A stretch of 64,000 nt of DNA from Zootoca vivipara (lineage: Eukaryota): positions 51,894,001-51,958,000 of the forward strand of contig NC_083286.1 of NCBI RefSeq assembly GCF_963506605.1. Reading direction: 5' to 3'. A program made the position numbers and the translations under genes. Positions 49,540 through 61,914 of this stretch are shown one piece after another (the first letter of the stretch is position 1; each line of letters starts with the position of its first letter). Under the pieces are notes generated by a model. The model was not told the origin of the DNA. It ran no database searches and saw only the letters and a list, made by a program, of their open reading frames with translations.

Positions 49540-50939
49540 TCAGGACTTAAAAGTTAATAAATATACAGCATAGGTGGCACAGCTGACATGAGTCTTTCAA
49601 AGCTTATGCTAATTTCTTTCATTTCAGTTTGTTCTTCACATTTGCACAGCAATGCTAATTAAAACTATTGCCAAATAAATTACAGGACTTCCGCTCTCTC
49701 TCATGGAACAAGCCAGTCATTCAAAATCCATTTAGGCCTGGCACACAAACTATATGGCAGAATAAAGTTTGCTAATATATGCCTGGCACATGGAATATTT
49801 GCACCTGTGAGCCTGCTACGGCAGGGAGGTGGTAAGGAAGGGGGTTGGATCATGTTATTCACATGTAACTCATTAATTGATGTCACTGCGCCTTAAAGAG
49901 CTGCTTCTCTGCACAAAGGCAGATGGCTCCGTTTGGGCATTGCTAATGAGAAACCAAAATGGCAATTAAGTTTCCCCTCCTCTGTCTTCGGCTTGGGAGT
50001 AGCAACAGGTAGCAATTAGAGCTCAAAATTTAAAGTAAAAAGAACACACACAGAGGGATAAATAAAGAAGAAGCAAATGTTGGGATAGCCTCTTAATCAA
50101 TGTTGTAAGAGTGAGGAATAAGCAACTGGTAGTAGGGCCAGCTCAGAAGTCTGTGCTGAATCTGCACCCCTACCCCAACTCTTCCTGAATTTCATTCTTT
50201 GCTACTTTCTCCTCATCTTCTCTCTACTATCACTGATCTCCCTCCCTCCCTCCCAAACTTACTCTTATTTTTGTTGCCATTGCATCGGCAGCTAGCTCTC
50301 CTTGTCCCCTCACTTTGCCCCGTTCTAAGAAAGGACCCAGATGGTGTGTGTGTGTGTGTGTGTTTTGGGGTTCTTCCTTAAAGCGAAGCATTTGAAGTGC
50401 TCAGCATTTTTACCTAAGTTCAAGCAGTGCTCTTAGGCCATGCAGCAAGACAGCAGAGGGGCAGGTGGTCTCCCAGCCACCTCAGTCTAAATACATCACA
50501 CTCTATGGAAGGACCTCCCTCTTTGATCCTTTCCCAGAGTAAGGCGGGGTGGGAAGGGACTGACCTGCAGAAACCTGCATAAGCCTTGCACGTGCAGCAG
50601 GAATGCTGCCACCCATGTTAGGCCAACTGTGAGTGAGCTGGTTCAGCTTTCCACAAGTAACGACTCCCGACTCCACATCTGTATGTTTACAATGTTTTAT
50701 TATACAGATATGCACAAGACAGAGCTAAAGTTCTCATGTCCATTCACTCACTTTCAGATCCCAGAAGTGGTGTCTTGCGGGAACGCCTCCAACACATTAG
50801 TCTGGGAACTGCCAGTCTCCTCCTTTCTTCCCTACATTTAATTCCCCTACATTGTTCAGGAGACGGGGCTACTACCTCCCCCTCCGTTCCTGAGCTGCTC
50901 AGCTGTCGCTCAGGCTCCCTAGAGTCAGAGAGCCCCTCC

Positions 50940-51383
50940 CATACCTGCCAAGTCTCTCGCAGATAAATCCGGGATCGGCAGCCGCGCAACACCGGAAGTT
51001 GTGTAGACGCAACTCCCGGTGTCGCTTTGCCCATCTATGGGCACCAGAAAATGGCCGACGCCGGCACCGGAAGTCGTGTCTACGCATGTCCGGAAGTGCG
51101 TAGATGCAACTTACGGCGTCGCTTTGCCCATCTATGGGCACCGAAAATGGCCGGCGCCGGAAGTCGCGTCTACGCATGTCCGGAAGTGCGTAGATGCACT
51201 TCCGGTACCAGCGCTGGCCATTTTCAGTGCCCATAGATGGGCAAAGCGACACCAGAAAAATGGCCGCCGACAGGAGCCAAAATAAGGGAGATTAATGGGA
51301 GAGTAGCTCAAACGGGAGACCAGCGGAAAAGGGTAAGAAAAAACAGGGGTTTCCCAGGAAATACGGGGTACTTGGCAGCTAGG
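50940..51383. mobile_element. 444-bp CpG-rich hAT MITE (CATAGCTGCCAAGT TIR family)
   Basis: TIRs CATACCTGCCAAGT/ACTTGGCAGCTAGG, TSD GCCCCTCC/GCCCCTCT, internal ~90-bp direct and inverted repeats. Confidence 0.9.
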
Positions 51384-53862
51384 GCCCCTCTGCCACAGGG
51401 CTCTGTATCTGCCTGTCGCGACTGCATGGCGTTCCCGAGCTGCCCTGGCGTTGCTCGGAGCTCCCAGCATCAGAGACCCCTTGCACCTCCTCGCTGGACT
51501 CTCTGCTGACCCCTGGTGGTCCCCTGACATCAACACTAAGGCAAGAGAGCAAGGAGTCCATGGTGTCACCAAATTGCTCCCTTCACCAGAGCCTGCTGGA
51601 TCAGGCAGGTCCATCAATGTGTTTTCACAGTGGCCAACCAGATGCCCATGGGAAATCTGAAGGCAGACCCAAGCAAAAGAGCACCCTCTCCTCCAGTGGT
51701 TCCCAGCAGCTGTTCAGAAGTATTATTGCCTCTGGCCATGGAGACAGAACAGAGGTACAATGCATACTGCCACTTGAGGCAGCTGCCTCAACCTGCCTCA
51801 TGATTGGGCTGGCCCTGACTCTTACACAGCCCCTGTCCTGGTTTTGTTGCTCCCCACAGTTTTTTCCTCTGGCCCCACCAGGCATGTGGCCCTCAGAAGA
51901 TTTCCCAGGAGGCAACATGGCCCTCTGGCTGGAAAAGGTTCCTCATGCTTGCGTTACAGTCTCACTTTCCTAAGCCTCGCAAGATGTGACAAAAAGTCTC
52001 ATGAGATGCCACCAGGGCCTTGCAAAACTTTGGCCAAACTGCACAGTCACTTTTTTTGGGGGGGGGCTATGTTCCACCATCCAAGTGGCTCACTCAGCAT
52101 GCCGTGGTGGGCTAGCCCCGTTCCTGGGTCTTTGCAGCTAGCCTTTGTGCTCACTCCCTGCAATCGATTCAAATGTCCAAGAAGGGTTCTTTGAATGCAA
52201 AAAACGATTCAACAGAACGACAGCAAAACAAAACGCAGCAAAACAAAGCCCGGCACACGGGAGGTTGGAACTGTAAGTAAACTGAATGAGGCTAATATAA
52301 AATTAATCAAACGAATGGCACTTGGGTCCTAACGCATGCCAATCCAGTAGGGCATCTCAAAGCGCCAGCAATATCTAGAAACATGAAAGAAAAGGCGGGT
52401 GGAGCCCTGAACAGGTTGGCAATGCGGATCAGCTGCTGCTCTGCAGAACTACAGCAGGAATTGACTGTAGGGAAATTTTATTTCCTCCATAGGGTTATTA
52501 AACATTTCATTAGCTCATTAGTTTGACGATATATGTCTGCCAGGTGCAAATACTGGCTAGCTTATTATTACCGGAAGGCCTCCTTGAGCATATTAGCTGA
52601 AGCTTGCTTTAATAGTTCGGCATTATTTCATATCGGTGCACAAACAAGAGAGACCCTAACAGATGTGACATTTTCCGCTACTTTCATAGCCTCGGTGCCT
52701 CAAAATGTCCGTCCTTTTACAATGTTGTTTACGCATATTTCGGCATCTACAAAATATCCAGGTGCCAAACACCTGTGCCATAAATCAGAGCTATATGCGC
52801 CCCTTGGCAGTACGACTACGGAGCTAATATTTGATGCTATCGTCTTGATTAATGCTATGGTTTGTATGCGTAAGGTCTACCAGGTTCAGTCTCTGGCTCT
52901 GTCCAGGTAAATCATCTCTGGAATGTGTCCTTAAACTCCCATAATACCTCTTGCTTGTAGGATCGAGGGGGTTGCATGAGTGCGTACGGAAACTGGCCTA
53001 CTGAAAGGTAATCTACATTTGTTCCTGCACTCCCACCAGCCCCAGCCAGCATGCTCAGTGGTAAGGGATAATGAGAGTTGTTGTACAACAACACCAGGAG
53101 AGTGAAAGGATCCCCATCCTTGTTTTAAACAAACACTTGTCTTTTGCTTTTATAGCAACATTTAAAAGAAAAAGAAAAAGAAATTATGCTTATTGTTGGA
53201 ATAATCTTATTTAAGCTGTTTCGCAAGGTCCACCTAAAAAGGGGTATATAAATAAAGAAATATCCCAAAGAAGTAGAACAGATTGCTCATGATGATGTGG
53301 CGAGCAGGGCTGAATAAATCTCATCCACTGGATCCCAAGATTTATTACCGGCATTAGTTAGGGAAAAGACAACATTGGAGGTCCCCTTGATGTGCAGGAT
53401 TTTCAGGCCTTATGTCTGTTGTCAGAAGTGGATTATTTAGTGATGGGCAGCAGGTGTTTGAAATGGGGGGGGGAAACACACGGTGTGGGTTTCAACTGTT
53501 GTGTAATTCTTATCTGTCAGGGATTAAGAAAACCTGGAAGACTGAGCAGCTGGGAGTAATCCGATTCCGGACACTTCAAACGATCTCCATTGTGCAGTAC
53601 ATAAACTGCAAGAAAACATGGTGTGATGGCACCTTTCATATCTTTGAGATATTCACCTCTTCGGGATGCTATGAAATTTCACAAGATCCAGTTGTAACTT
53701 GCCATTTTGAGTCCTGCTGTTTGGTTTGGCTAATGAGTGATCACTCCACAGATCTATTAGCCAGTGGCAAGACAAACAGATTACAGCAGACGTGGTCTTG
53801 GCAGACAGACCTGTCAAAAGCTGCCATGAGCATGGGAATTTAGGACATCTATCCTAATGTCT

Positions 53863-54217
53863 GGGACCCAGGTGGCGCGGTGGTTAAACCACTGAGCCTA
53901 GGGCTTGCTGATCAGAAGGTCGGCGGTTCGAATCCCTGTGACGGGGTGAGCTCCCGTTACTTGGTCCCAGCTCCTGCCAACCTAGCAGTTCGAAAGCACG
54001 TCAAATGCAAGTAGATAAATAGGAACCGCTACAGCAGGAAGGTAAATGGCGTTTCCATGTGCTGCTCTGGTTTGCCAGAAGCGGCTTTGTCATGCTGGCC
54101 ACATGACCAGGAAGCTATACGCCGGCTCCCTCGGCCAATAATGCGAGATGAGCGCGCAACCCCAGAGTCGGTCACGACTGGACCTAATGGTCAGGGGTCC
54201 CTTTACCTTTACTTTTT
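53863..54217 (+). mobile_element. Sauria SINE
   Basis: Full head and tail; flanking repeat TATCCTAAT. Confidence 0.95.
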
Positions 54218-54834
54218 TATCCTAATAGGTCAATGTATTTCTTGTCCATGTTAATGTTGCATGGTTTTCAATCATATGTCCATATTATTATTAAATTAAT
54301 GTATCAAGGCAAAATGGGTGTTTCTGTAAATATTTCCTTTTAAATGCACATGTTTCTGCATGCGTTTTCCTCCTGATACTGAATGAAGAACTGGATTGCA
54401 AAATCTGGACAAGTGTGCATTCTGAACAATAACTGCATTCTGATCCACATGTTAGTCCAAGAAGTGGGAATTCAACCAGTTTGCCAATGCCACTCATTAG
54501 AAAGAAGACACAATACTGTGTGTGATGTAATATTTACACTCTAAAACCTATAGCATGTAAATCAGAGACATATTTTTGTTTCGTGCTGTAAGCCTCCACA
54601 CTTAGCTCCATATCTGTACTGCACAACCACAGGGAGAAATAAGACATGCACATTTCCACTGCAGATATAGGTCCAGGTCGCTAGAGGCCTCAGTGGCCCA
54701 GAGTGCCCATCACCCACTTTGGTCCTACCTGGAGTTTCAACCTAGGACCTTCTGCAAGCAAACCAGAGGTTCTACCATGGGCCGAAGGGCCTTTGTTCTG
54801 TCGTGGGCACTCTACTTTTCCAGAGGTCACTTAC

Positions 54835-55047
54835 CTGTTTGAGATAAAAGGGGTGTATAAGGGACTTTCGGTTCTATTGCACTCATTGGCGGAGGTAGCA
54901 AGGGGTTGGCAAAGCTGCGCAGTGGATGTGTTGGCCGGACACATGCTGTGGGAATTGTCCTGCTTGGGGCATCTTCGCTGCTGGAGTGTTCAGGCTGTGT
55001 CTGCGGTAACATGGATGTCTGCTGCGGGACTGGTCCTTCAGTTACTG
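54835..55047 (-). CDS. DCC: DCC internal coding exon (equivalent to human exon 27), P2 proline-rich cytoplasmic region
   Basis: Translates (x)[70 protein letters not shown], recognisably the DCC cytoplasmic tail. Acceptor TTCTGTCTTGCAG|CA, donor ACAG|GTAAGT. 213 nt, phase 1-1, splices in frame to the next exon. Confidence 0.97.
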
Positions 55048-55780
55048 CTGCAAGACAGAAAATGGAAGAAGATGTAACCAGCTTGAACACCAACCTGAAC
55101 TGTAAGGTCATTTATAAATAATAAAGATAAATATTGTTAATCCAGCACCGCCACCACAACTCTTTACTGCGTCGGTTCCTGTTCTTATATTTATAAGGAG
55201 CTGGGCATTCTTTCTTAGGAGCGAAACCCTTGGCGCCATCCTGGGTGGGGATGTGTAGCAGATTGATAGATCTCTGAGCTCGCAGATACACCTTGCACTC
55301 CCTGCTTGAGCCATGCCAGCGGAGATTGGAGAAGGTTTTCCTCCACATTGCAGAAACAGTCCTAAGCTGCCTTAGCACTTAACAGGAAGACAGGGAGACT
55401 TGAATCCCATAGAGTGAGTGGCACCCGGTACCTTAACCACAAGCAAGAAAAAGGCTGTATTTGGAAATATGACTGGGGTGGAGGCGAAACCATTTTCTGG
55501 CCTTTGGTGAAAGGCAGGTCCCACCACCAAATCTACAGATTTCAGCCTGGAACAAGTGAGTCTTTAAAGTACATGTAAGGGGCATTCCATGGCTCCATAG
55601 GAATGGAGTTCCCTAACCATGAGGCCACCACAAAGAAGATCCTATCCCTTTTGCCTGCCAACCCTAATTGACCATACTTGTAGGCACTCAAGGAGGGTCT
55701 CTGGAGTTGAGAAGAACATAAGAAGATCCCTACTGGATCTTCAAATCAAAGGCCCATCTGGTCCAGAATCCCATTCTCAC

Positions 55781-57743
55781 CCAAAAGAGATAAGAAAAGG
55801 TTTTTAAAAATTTTTTTAGACAGTTGTATAAAAAAGCTGGAAAGGAAAACACAGGAAAAATGGAATAATACTTTAAAAAGAGAGAGGTGCAGCGGATTCC
55901 AACAGAGAAGAAAGACCGACTGAATGAACCAATAGGAGGAGGATGAATTCTGAAAGCAATTAAAAAATAGAAGTGGTTAAAACAATTAAATATTTGGGAA
56001 TTTGGTTAACCTCAAAGAATATAAACTTGTTTCAAGACAATTATTCATTGGTGTGGAATAAAATAAGGAGAGACCTGGAAGTATGGGGAAGAATGAAACT
56101 ATCACTCCTGGGAAGGATATCAGTAATTAAAATGAATGTGCTACCAAAGATGTTGTTTTTGTTTCAATCAATTCCAATAATCAAGGGAGTATGTATATTC
56201 AAAGATTGGCAAAAAGTAATTTCGAGATATATCTGGCAGGGAAGAAACCAAGAATCAAATTTAAATTTAAAGTGTTTACAGATTGTAAAGAAAGAGGTGG
56301 TTTTGCCCTGCCAGACCTGAAGTTGTATTATGAAGCAGCCTGCCTCTGTTGGTTAAAGGAATGGATGTTACTGGAAAAAACCAGATTTATTAGATTTAGA
56401 AGGTCATGATAACAGATTTGGGTGGCATGCGTATTTTATGGTATGATAAAACAAAGGTACATAAAGGATTTGGAAACCCCATATTCCGAAAGGCTCTCTA
56501 TGAAGTATGGGATAGGTATAAAAGCCTATTAGAAAGGAAAACACCTTGGTGGTTATCACCTTTAGAAGCTATGAGTGTTAAGAAAATAAATATGAGCAAA
56601 AACTGGGTAACATATGAAAAGTTACTCAAAAATGATGGTAACAAATGGAAATTAAAACCATACAAAGAGGTGAAAGGATTTGTTAATGATTGGTTGCATT
56701 TCTACCAAATTAATGAGATGCTTAAGGATGATCTGAAGAAAAATGGATTTGGAAATATCAAATCAAAATTTGAAATTTAAATATTGAATAGTAAATATAA
56801 AATATTGTCAAAAATGTATAAAATATTGTCAAAAATGCATAAAATATTGTTGGAATGGCATTTGAAGGATGAAGAGGTAAAGTCGGTAATGATTCATTGG
56901 GCTAAATATTTTAGTTATAATATACAGTTAGAAGATTGGGAAAAATTATGGAAAGAAGGAATAAAATTTACAGTGTGTAATGCTTTAAGAGAAAATGTGA
57001 TGGAAATGATGTATAGATGGTATATTACACCGGTGAAGCTAGCCAAACTTTATAAGGTAAATAACAAATGTTGGAAATGCAAAGAAAAAGAAGGTACCTT
57101 TTATCATATGTGGTGGGAATGTAAGAAAGTGAAAGGCTTCTGGGATATGATATATAATGATATTAAGAAAATGTTGAAATATACATATGTTAAAAAATCA
57201 GAAGCATTTCTACTGGGAATTGTAGGTACAGAAATTAACAGACAAGATATTAATTTTTACTTATACACAACAAGGGCAGCAATAATTTTATTAGCACAGA
57301 AGTGGAAACCAAAGGAATTACCGGCAAAGGAAGAATGGCAATTGAAGCTAATGGAGTATGCAGAACTGGCCAAAATGACGGGAAGAATCCGAGAACAGTG
57401 GGACCAAAAGTTCATCAAGGACTGGACCAAATTTGTAAATTATTTAAAAGACAATTGTATTCAATCAAATACGTTGGTAGGATTGCAAGAAGCTTTGGGA
57501 GGAAAGGCACAAAAACCACTGCAGATAAGAATAAGAATGTATGATGTTTTAATGGTTTTTATTTTAAAGCAATGGTTTAATAGTGAAAATGCAGAAATTT
57601 GAAATGAAAGATAGAATACCATAAGGAAGGTTTGAAGGAAGTCAGGGCCCTAAAAAGCCAAAATGTATAATATAAGAGGAGATATTGCAATAGAAAGTAT
57701 TATTGTAAAACTAATAAAAATTTTATATCTATATCTATCTATC

Positions 57744-57795
<52 letters not shown>
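55781..57795 (+). mobile_element. 5'-truncated, decayed L1-clade LINE (ORF2 3' half) inserted into a CR1 3' end
   Basis: Broken ORFs: IKYLGIWL..LSLLGRISVIKMNVLPKMLFLFQSIP; GGFALPDLKLYYEAA; CWKCKEKEGTFYHMWWEC. AATAAA then (TATC)n tail. The host CR1 (55711-55780, 57797-58140) resumes at a degenerate TSD TCC(CA/TG)TTCTCAC. Confidence 0.92.
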
Positions 57796-57797
<2 letters not shown>

Positions 57798-58482
57798 TCC
57801 TGTTCTCACAGTGGCCAACAAGATGCCTCTGGGCTTGAGTGCAAGTGTGGCTTCCCCATCTGCAATTCCAAGCAACTGGCATTCAGAGAAATAATTTCTG
57901 AGACAATATATGTGGAACATAGCCATTATGGCTAGTAACCACTAGTAGCTTTATCCTCCATGAATTTGTTTAAGCATTTTTTAACGTCGTCTAGTTCGGT
58001 GCCCATCACCACATTTAGTGGGATCAGACTCCATAGTTTAACGATGCTCTGTGAGAAGTACTTCATTTTGTTGGTCTTAAATCTTCCAACATTCTGCTTC
58101 ATGGAATGTACATAAATCCTAGTATTCTAAGAAAAGGAGATAAAGTCCCCCCCCCCCATCTTAATAAATAAGTAAGATCATAGAACTTAATGAAAGCTTC
58201 TGAGAACGAAGCCAACTAATGGAGTCATTTCATATTGTGGCTACCTTTTTAAGAATATCTATTTGCCTAGCTCATATTGTTCAGGTACAATACAAATCAA
58301 CAGCTTATAAGTACAAATACAGAAAATGAGATTCTGCACATGCAGAGGTAAATCTTATGCACTTGATTCTAATTTAGTGCCAGACACCAATTAATGCTCA
58401 AGTAGAGGAAAGTAGTTAAGCCCAGTGATGCTCTTGAGCCTTTGGGGAGGAGGAAGAGTTGACATTTTCAGGAAATCAAATA

Positions 58483-58713
58483 TAGTGGTACCTCGGGTTA
58501 AGAAATTATTTCGTTCCGGAGATCTGTTCTTAACCTGAAACTGTTCTTAACCTGAGGTACCACTTTAGCTAATGGGGCCTCCTGCTGCTGCTGCGCGATT
58601 TCTGTTCTCATCCCGAAGCAAAGTTCTTAACCCAAGGTACTATTTCTGGGTTAGCGGAGTCTGTAACCTGAAGCATCTGTAACCTGAAGCATCTGTAACC
58701 CGAGGTACCACTG
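58483..58713. mobile_element. Tigger-type MITE
   Basis: TA-(T)AGTGGTACCTCGGGTTA...TAACCCGAGGTACCACTG-TA. Confidence 0.88.
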
Positions 58714-59595
58714 TATAGTGCATCTAACATTAAGTTGTGAGCTTCTGGGGGGCAGTTCTGAAAGTTTTCTAAAAATACAATTGGTGATCTGTTTCTGAAT
58801 TGAACTCAGAGCAATATTCCCATTGCTAGCATCAACCCGTATCTATCAATTTTCTCCTGTTACAACGCACTAATGAATTTGGACAGAGCCCAGGAATTGG
58901 CTGTCTAAGCATGAATTTTCAAGGGAGAGAGGCACACACAAACACCTGGGGACTGTACTTCTTAACTTTTCTACTGTGATTTCAGGATTTGGAAAAATCA
59001 ACAAAAGACTTAAGTAAAGCAGCCCAGTAAGGAAGACAGTGACACAAATTGCTGCATACAGGATCCTTTGTGTAGAAACCTATGGCATTATGATAGCTAC
59101 ACCTTCTGACAAAGACTGTAGACAAAGGGCTTGCTTAATTAATTTCTATTTAAACCAAATGCCATATCCTTCCTTGAGACAGCTGCAATCTTGCCAGAGC
59201 TGTTGCTTTATGCTTTATTACCCTGTATTGAGAGTCAGTTTTGCTCTGATTTGAATATGCCACTTCAAACCTTCGTATTTAAATTGGGCTCTCCCATTGT
59301 CTGGAGTATTGCTTATAGATGAGGAATAAGAAAAGAAAAGAAAAGAGAAAGAAAAGAAAAGAAAAACAGCCTGTGCGCTTTCAGCCCTTAATAGTAGCAT
59401 GAATACCAAAATAGAGATATGAACCCAACTCACCCCTCTACCCTGGACACAAAGTCAGTGGGGTGACTATTTCACATGTGATGCTATTGCTGGCAATGCC
59501 ACTAGGCTCAGTCTCAGCTGGGCAGGGATGAGACTATTTCCTCTCCCAATGCAAACCCCCTATTCAAATGTGAATTTTGCCCCAGCTTTTAGTGG

Positions 59596-61192
59596 AATCA
59601 TAGAATCATAGAATTGGAAGAGACCACAAGGGCCATCCAGTCCAACCCCCTGCCAAGCAGGAAACACCATCAAAGCCATAGCTGCCAAGTATCCCGTATC
59701 TGCCAGGAAAACCCCTTTTTTCTTACCGTTTCCCGGCGGTCTCCCGTTTGGTGGAAAATCCCAGTATTGTCCCTTAAATTGGCTTCTGCCCAGCTGCCAT
59801 TTTTCTGGTGCCGCTTTGCCCTTCTATGGGCACCAGAAAATGGCGGCGCCGGAAGTCGCTTCCGCGCATGACCGGAAGTTGCGTGACGCGACTTCCGGTG
59901 GCGCTTTGCCCTTCTATGGGCATCAGAAAATGGCGGCGCCGGTGCCGGAAGTCGCTTTTACGTGTTTCCGGTCATGCGCGGAAGCGACTTCCGGAGCCGG
60001 CGCCGCCATTTTCTGATGCCCATAGAAGGGCGGAGCGCCACCGGAAGTTGCGTCACGCAACTTCCGGTCATGCGCGCGCTGCCGATCCCGGATCTTTACG
60101 ACCTGGACTTGGCAGCTATGATCAAAGCATTCCTGACAGATGGCTGTCAAGCCTCCGCTTAAAGACCTCCAAAGAAGGAGACTCCACCACACTCCTTGGT
60201 AGCAAATTCCACTGCCGAACAGCTCTTACTGTCAGGAAGTTCTTCCTAATGTTTAGGTGGAATCTTCTTTCTTGTAGTTTGATTCCATTCCTCCGTGTCC
60301 GCTTCTCTGGAGCAGCAGAAAACAACCTTTCTCCCTCCTCTATATGGCATCTTTTAATATATTTGAACATGGCTATCATATCACCCCTTAACCTTCTCTT
60401 CTCCAGGCTAAACATACACAGCTCCCTAAGCCGTTCCTCATAAGGCATTGTTTCCAGGCCTTTGACCATTTTGGTTGCCCTCCTCTGGGCACGTTCCAGC
60501 TTGTCAGTATCCTTCTTGAACTGTGGTGCCCAGAACTGGACACAGTACTCCAGGTGAGGTCTGACCAGAGCAGAATACAGTGGTACTATTACTTCCCTTG
60601 ATCTAGATGCTATACTCCTATTGATGCAGCCCAGAATTGCATTGGCTTTTTTAGCTGCTGCACCACACTGTTGACTCATGTCAGGTTTGTGGTCTACCAA
60701 GACTCCTAGATCCTTTTCACATGTACTGTTCTCAAGCCAGGTGTCACCCATCTTGTATTTGTGCCTTTCATTTTTTTTTTGTTGCCCAAGTGTAGTACTT
60801 TACATTTCTCCCTGTTAAAATTCATCCTGTTTGCTCTGGCCCAGTTCTCTAATCTATTAAGGTCATTTTGAAGTGTGATCCTGTCCTCTGGGGTATTAGC
60901 CACCCCTCCCAATTTGGTATCATCTGCAAACTTGATCAGGATGCCCTCAAGCCCATCATCCAAGTCATTTATAAAGATGTTGAATAAGACTGGGCCCAAG
61001 ACAGAACCCTGTGGCACCCCACTAGTCACTTCTCTCCAGGATGAGGAGGAGCCATTGATGAGCACCCTTTGGGTTCAGTCAGTCAGCCAGTTACAAATCC
61101 ACTGAATGGTAGCATTGTCTAGCCCGCATTTTACTAGCTTCTTTACAAGAATATCATGGGGCACCTTGTCAAAGGCCTTGCTGAATTCAAGA
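59596..61192 (-). mobile_element. Young 5'-truncated CR1 LINE (RT domain through 3' tail)
   Basis: [58 protein letters not shown]. One frameshift at the poly-T 60771-60780. (ATTCTATG)n tail at 59596-59614. Confidence 0.96.
59677..60120. mobile_element. 444-bp CpG-rich hAT MITE nested in the CR1 3' end
   Basis: Perfect 14-bp TIRs CATAGCTGCCAAGT/ACTTGGCAGCTATG. Perfect TSD ATCAAAGC (59669-59676, 60121-60128). Confidence 0.95.
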
Positions 61193-61482
61193 TATCAAGT
61201 GGAACTTCACTTTGAATCCAAGAACAAAGCCACACACCCCCCCAAAAAAACCCTGAGAGACCATGGCTTGGTCTAAGTGCTTGGAGATAACAGTGTGTGC
61301 TTTATATGCATACATGAGAAGTTGGGTGCCCCTTTTCTCAATTAAAAGAGTCCTGGTAATTAGGACCCTGAAGATCCTTGCTTGACAGCTTGGAATGTTG
61401 TTTCTAGTCAGCAAGAGATTATTGGGCTACGTTGAACACTGATATGATCCAGGGCTGTCACAGGCATTCAGGACTCTTGTAA

Positions 61483-61914
61483 TGTGTGCAGAGGATGTCG
61501 ACCAAGATGATCAAGGGTCTGGAAACCAAGCCTTATGAGGAACAGTTGAGGGAGTAGGAAAGAGAAGACTTTGAGGAGATATGATAGTCATCTTCAAATA
61601 TCGAAAGTAATGTCACATGGAAGAAGGAGCAAGCTTGTTTTCTCCTGCTCTGGAGGGTAGGATTCAACCCAATGGCTTCAAGTTACAAGAAAGGAGATTC
61701 TGATTAGACATTGGAAAGAGCTTTCTGGACAATAAGAGCTGTTTGCAATGGAATGGTCTCCCTCGGGAGGTTGTGGTCTCTCCTTCCTTGGAGATTTTTT
61801 AAGCAGAGGTTGGATGGCCATCTCTCATGGATGCTTAAGTTGAGATTCCTGCATTGCAGGTGATTAGACTTGATGGCCCTTGGGATCCCTTCCAACGCTA
61901 CAATTCTATGATTC
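61483..61914 (+). mobile_element. CR1 LINE 3' fragment
   Basis: ACCAAGATGATCAAGGGTCTGGAAACC..GGCTTCAAGTTACAAGAAAGGAGATTC..ATTCTATGATTCT tail. Confidence 0.9.

Noticed and set aside
50940-51383. CRISPR-like repeat-spacer array
   Set aside because: Eukaryotic context, repeats sit inside TIRs with an 8-bp TSD, the 'spacers' are themselves repeated or inverted, and there are no cas genes.
55973-57602. 272-aa and neighbouring ORFs as a host gene
   Set aside because: Frameshifted L1 ORF2 pieces.
60122-61065. 209-aa and 119-aa ORFs as a functional reverse transcriptase
   Set aside because: 5'-truncated CR1 lacking the endonuclease and the RT N-terminus, with a frameshift.
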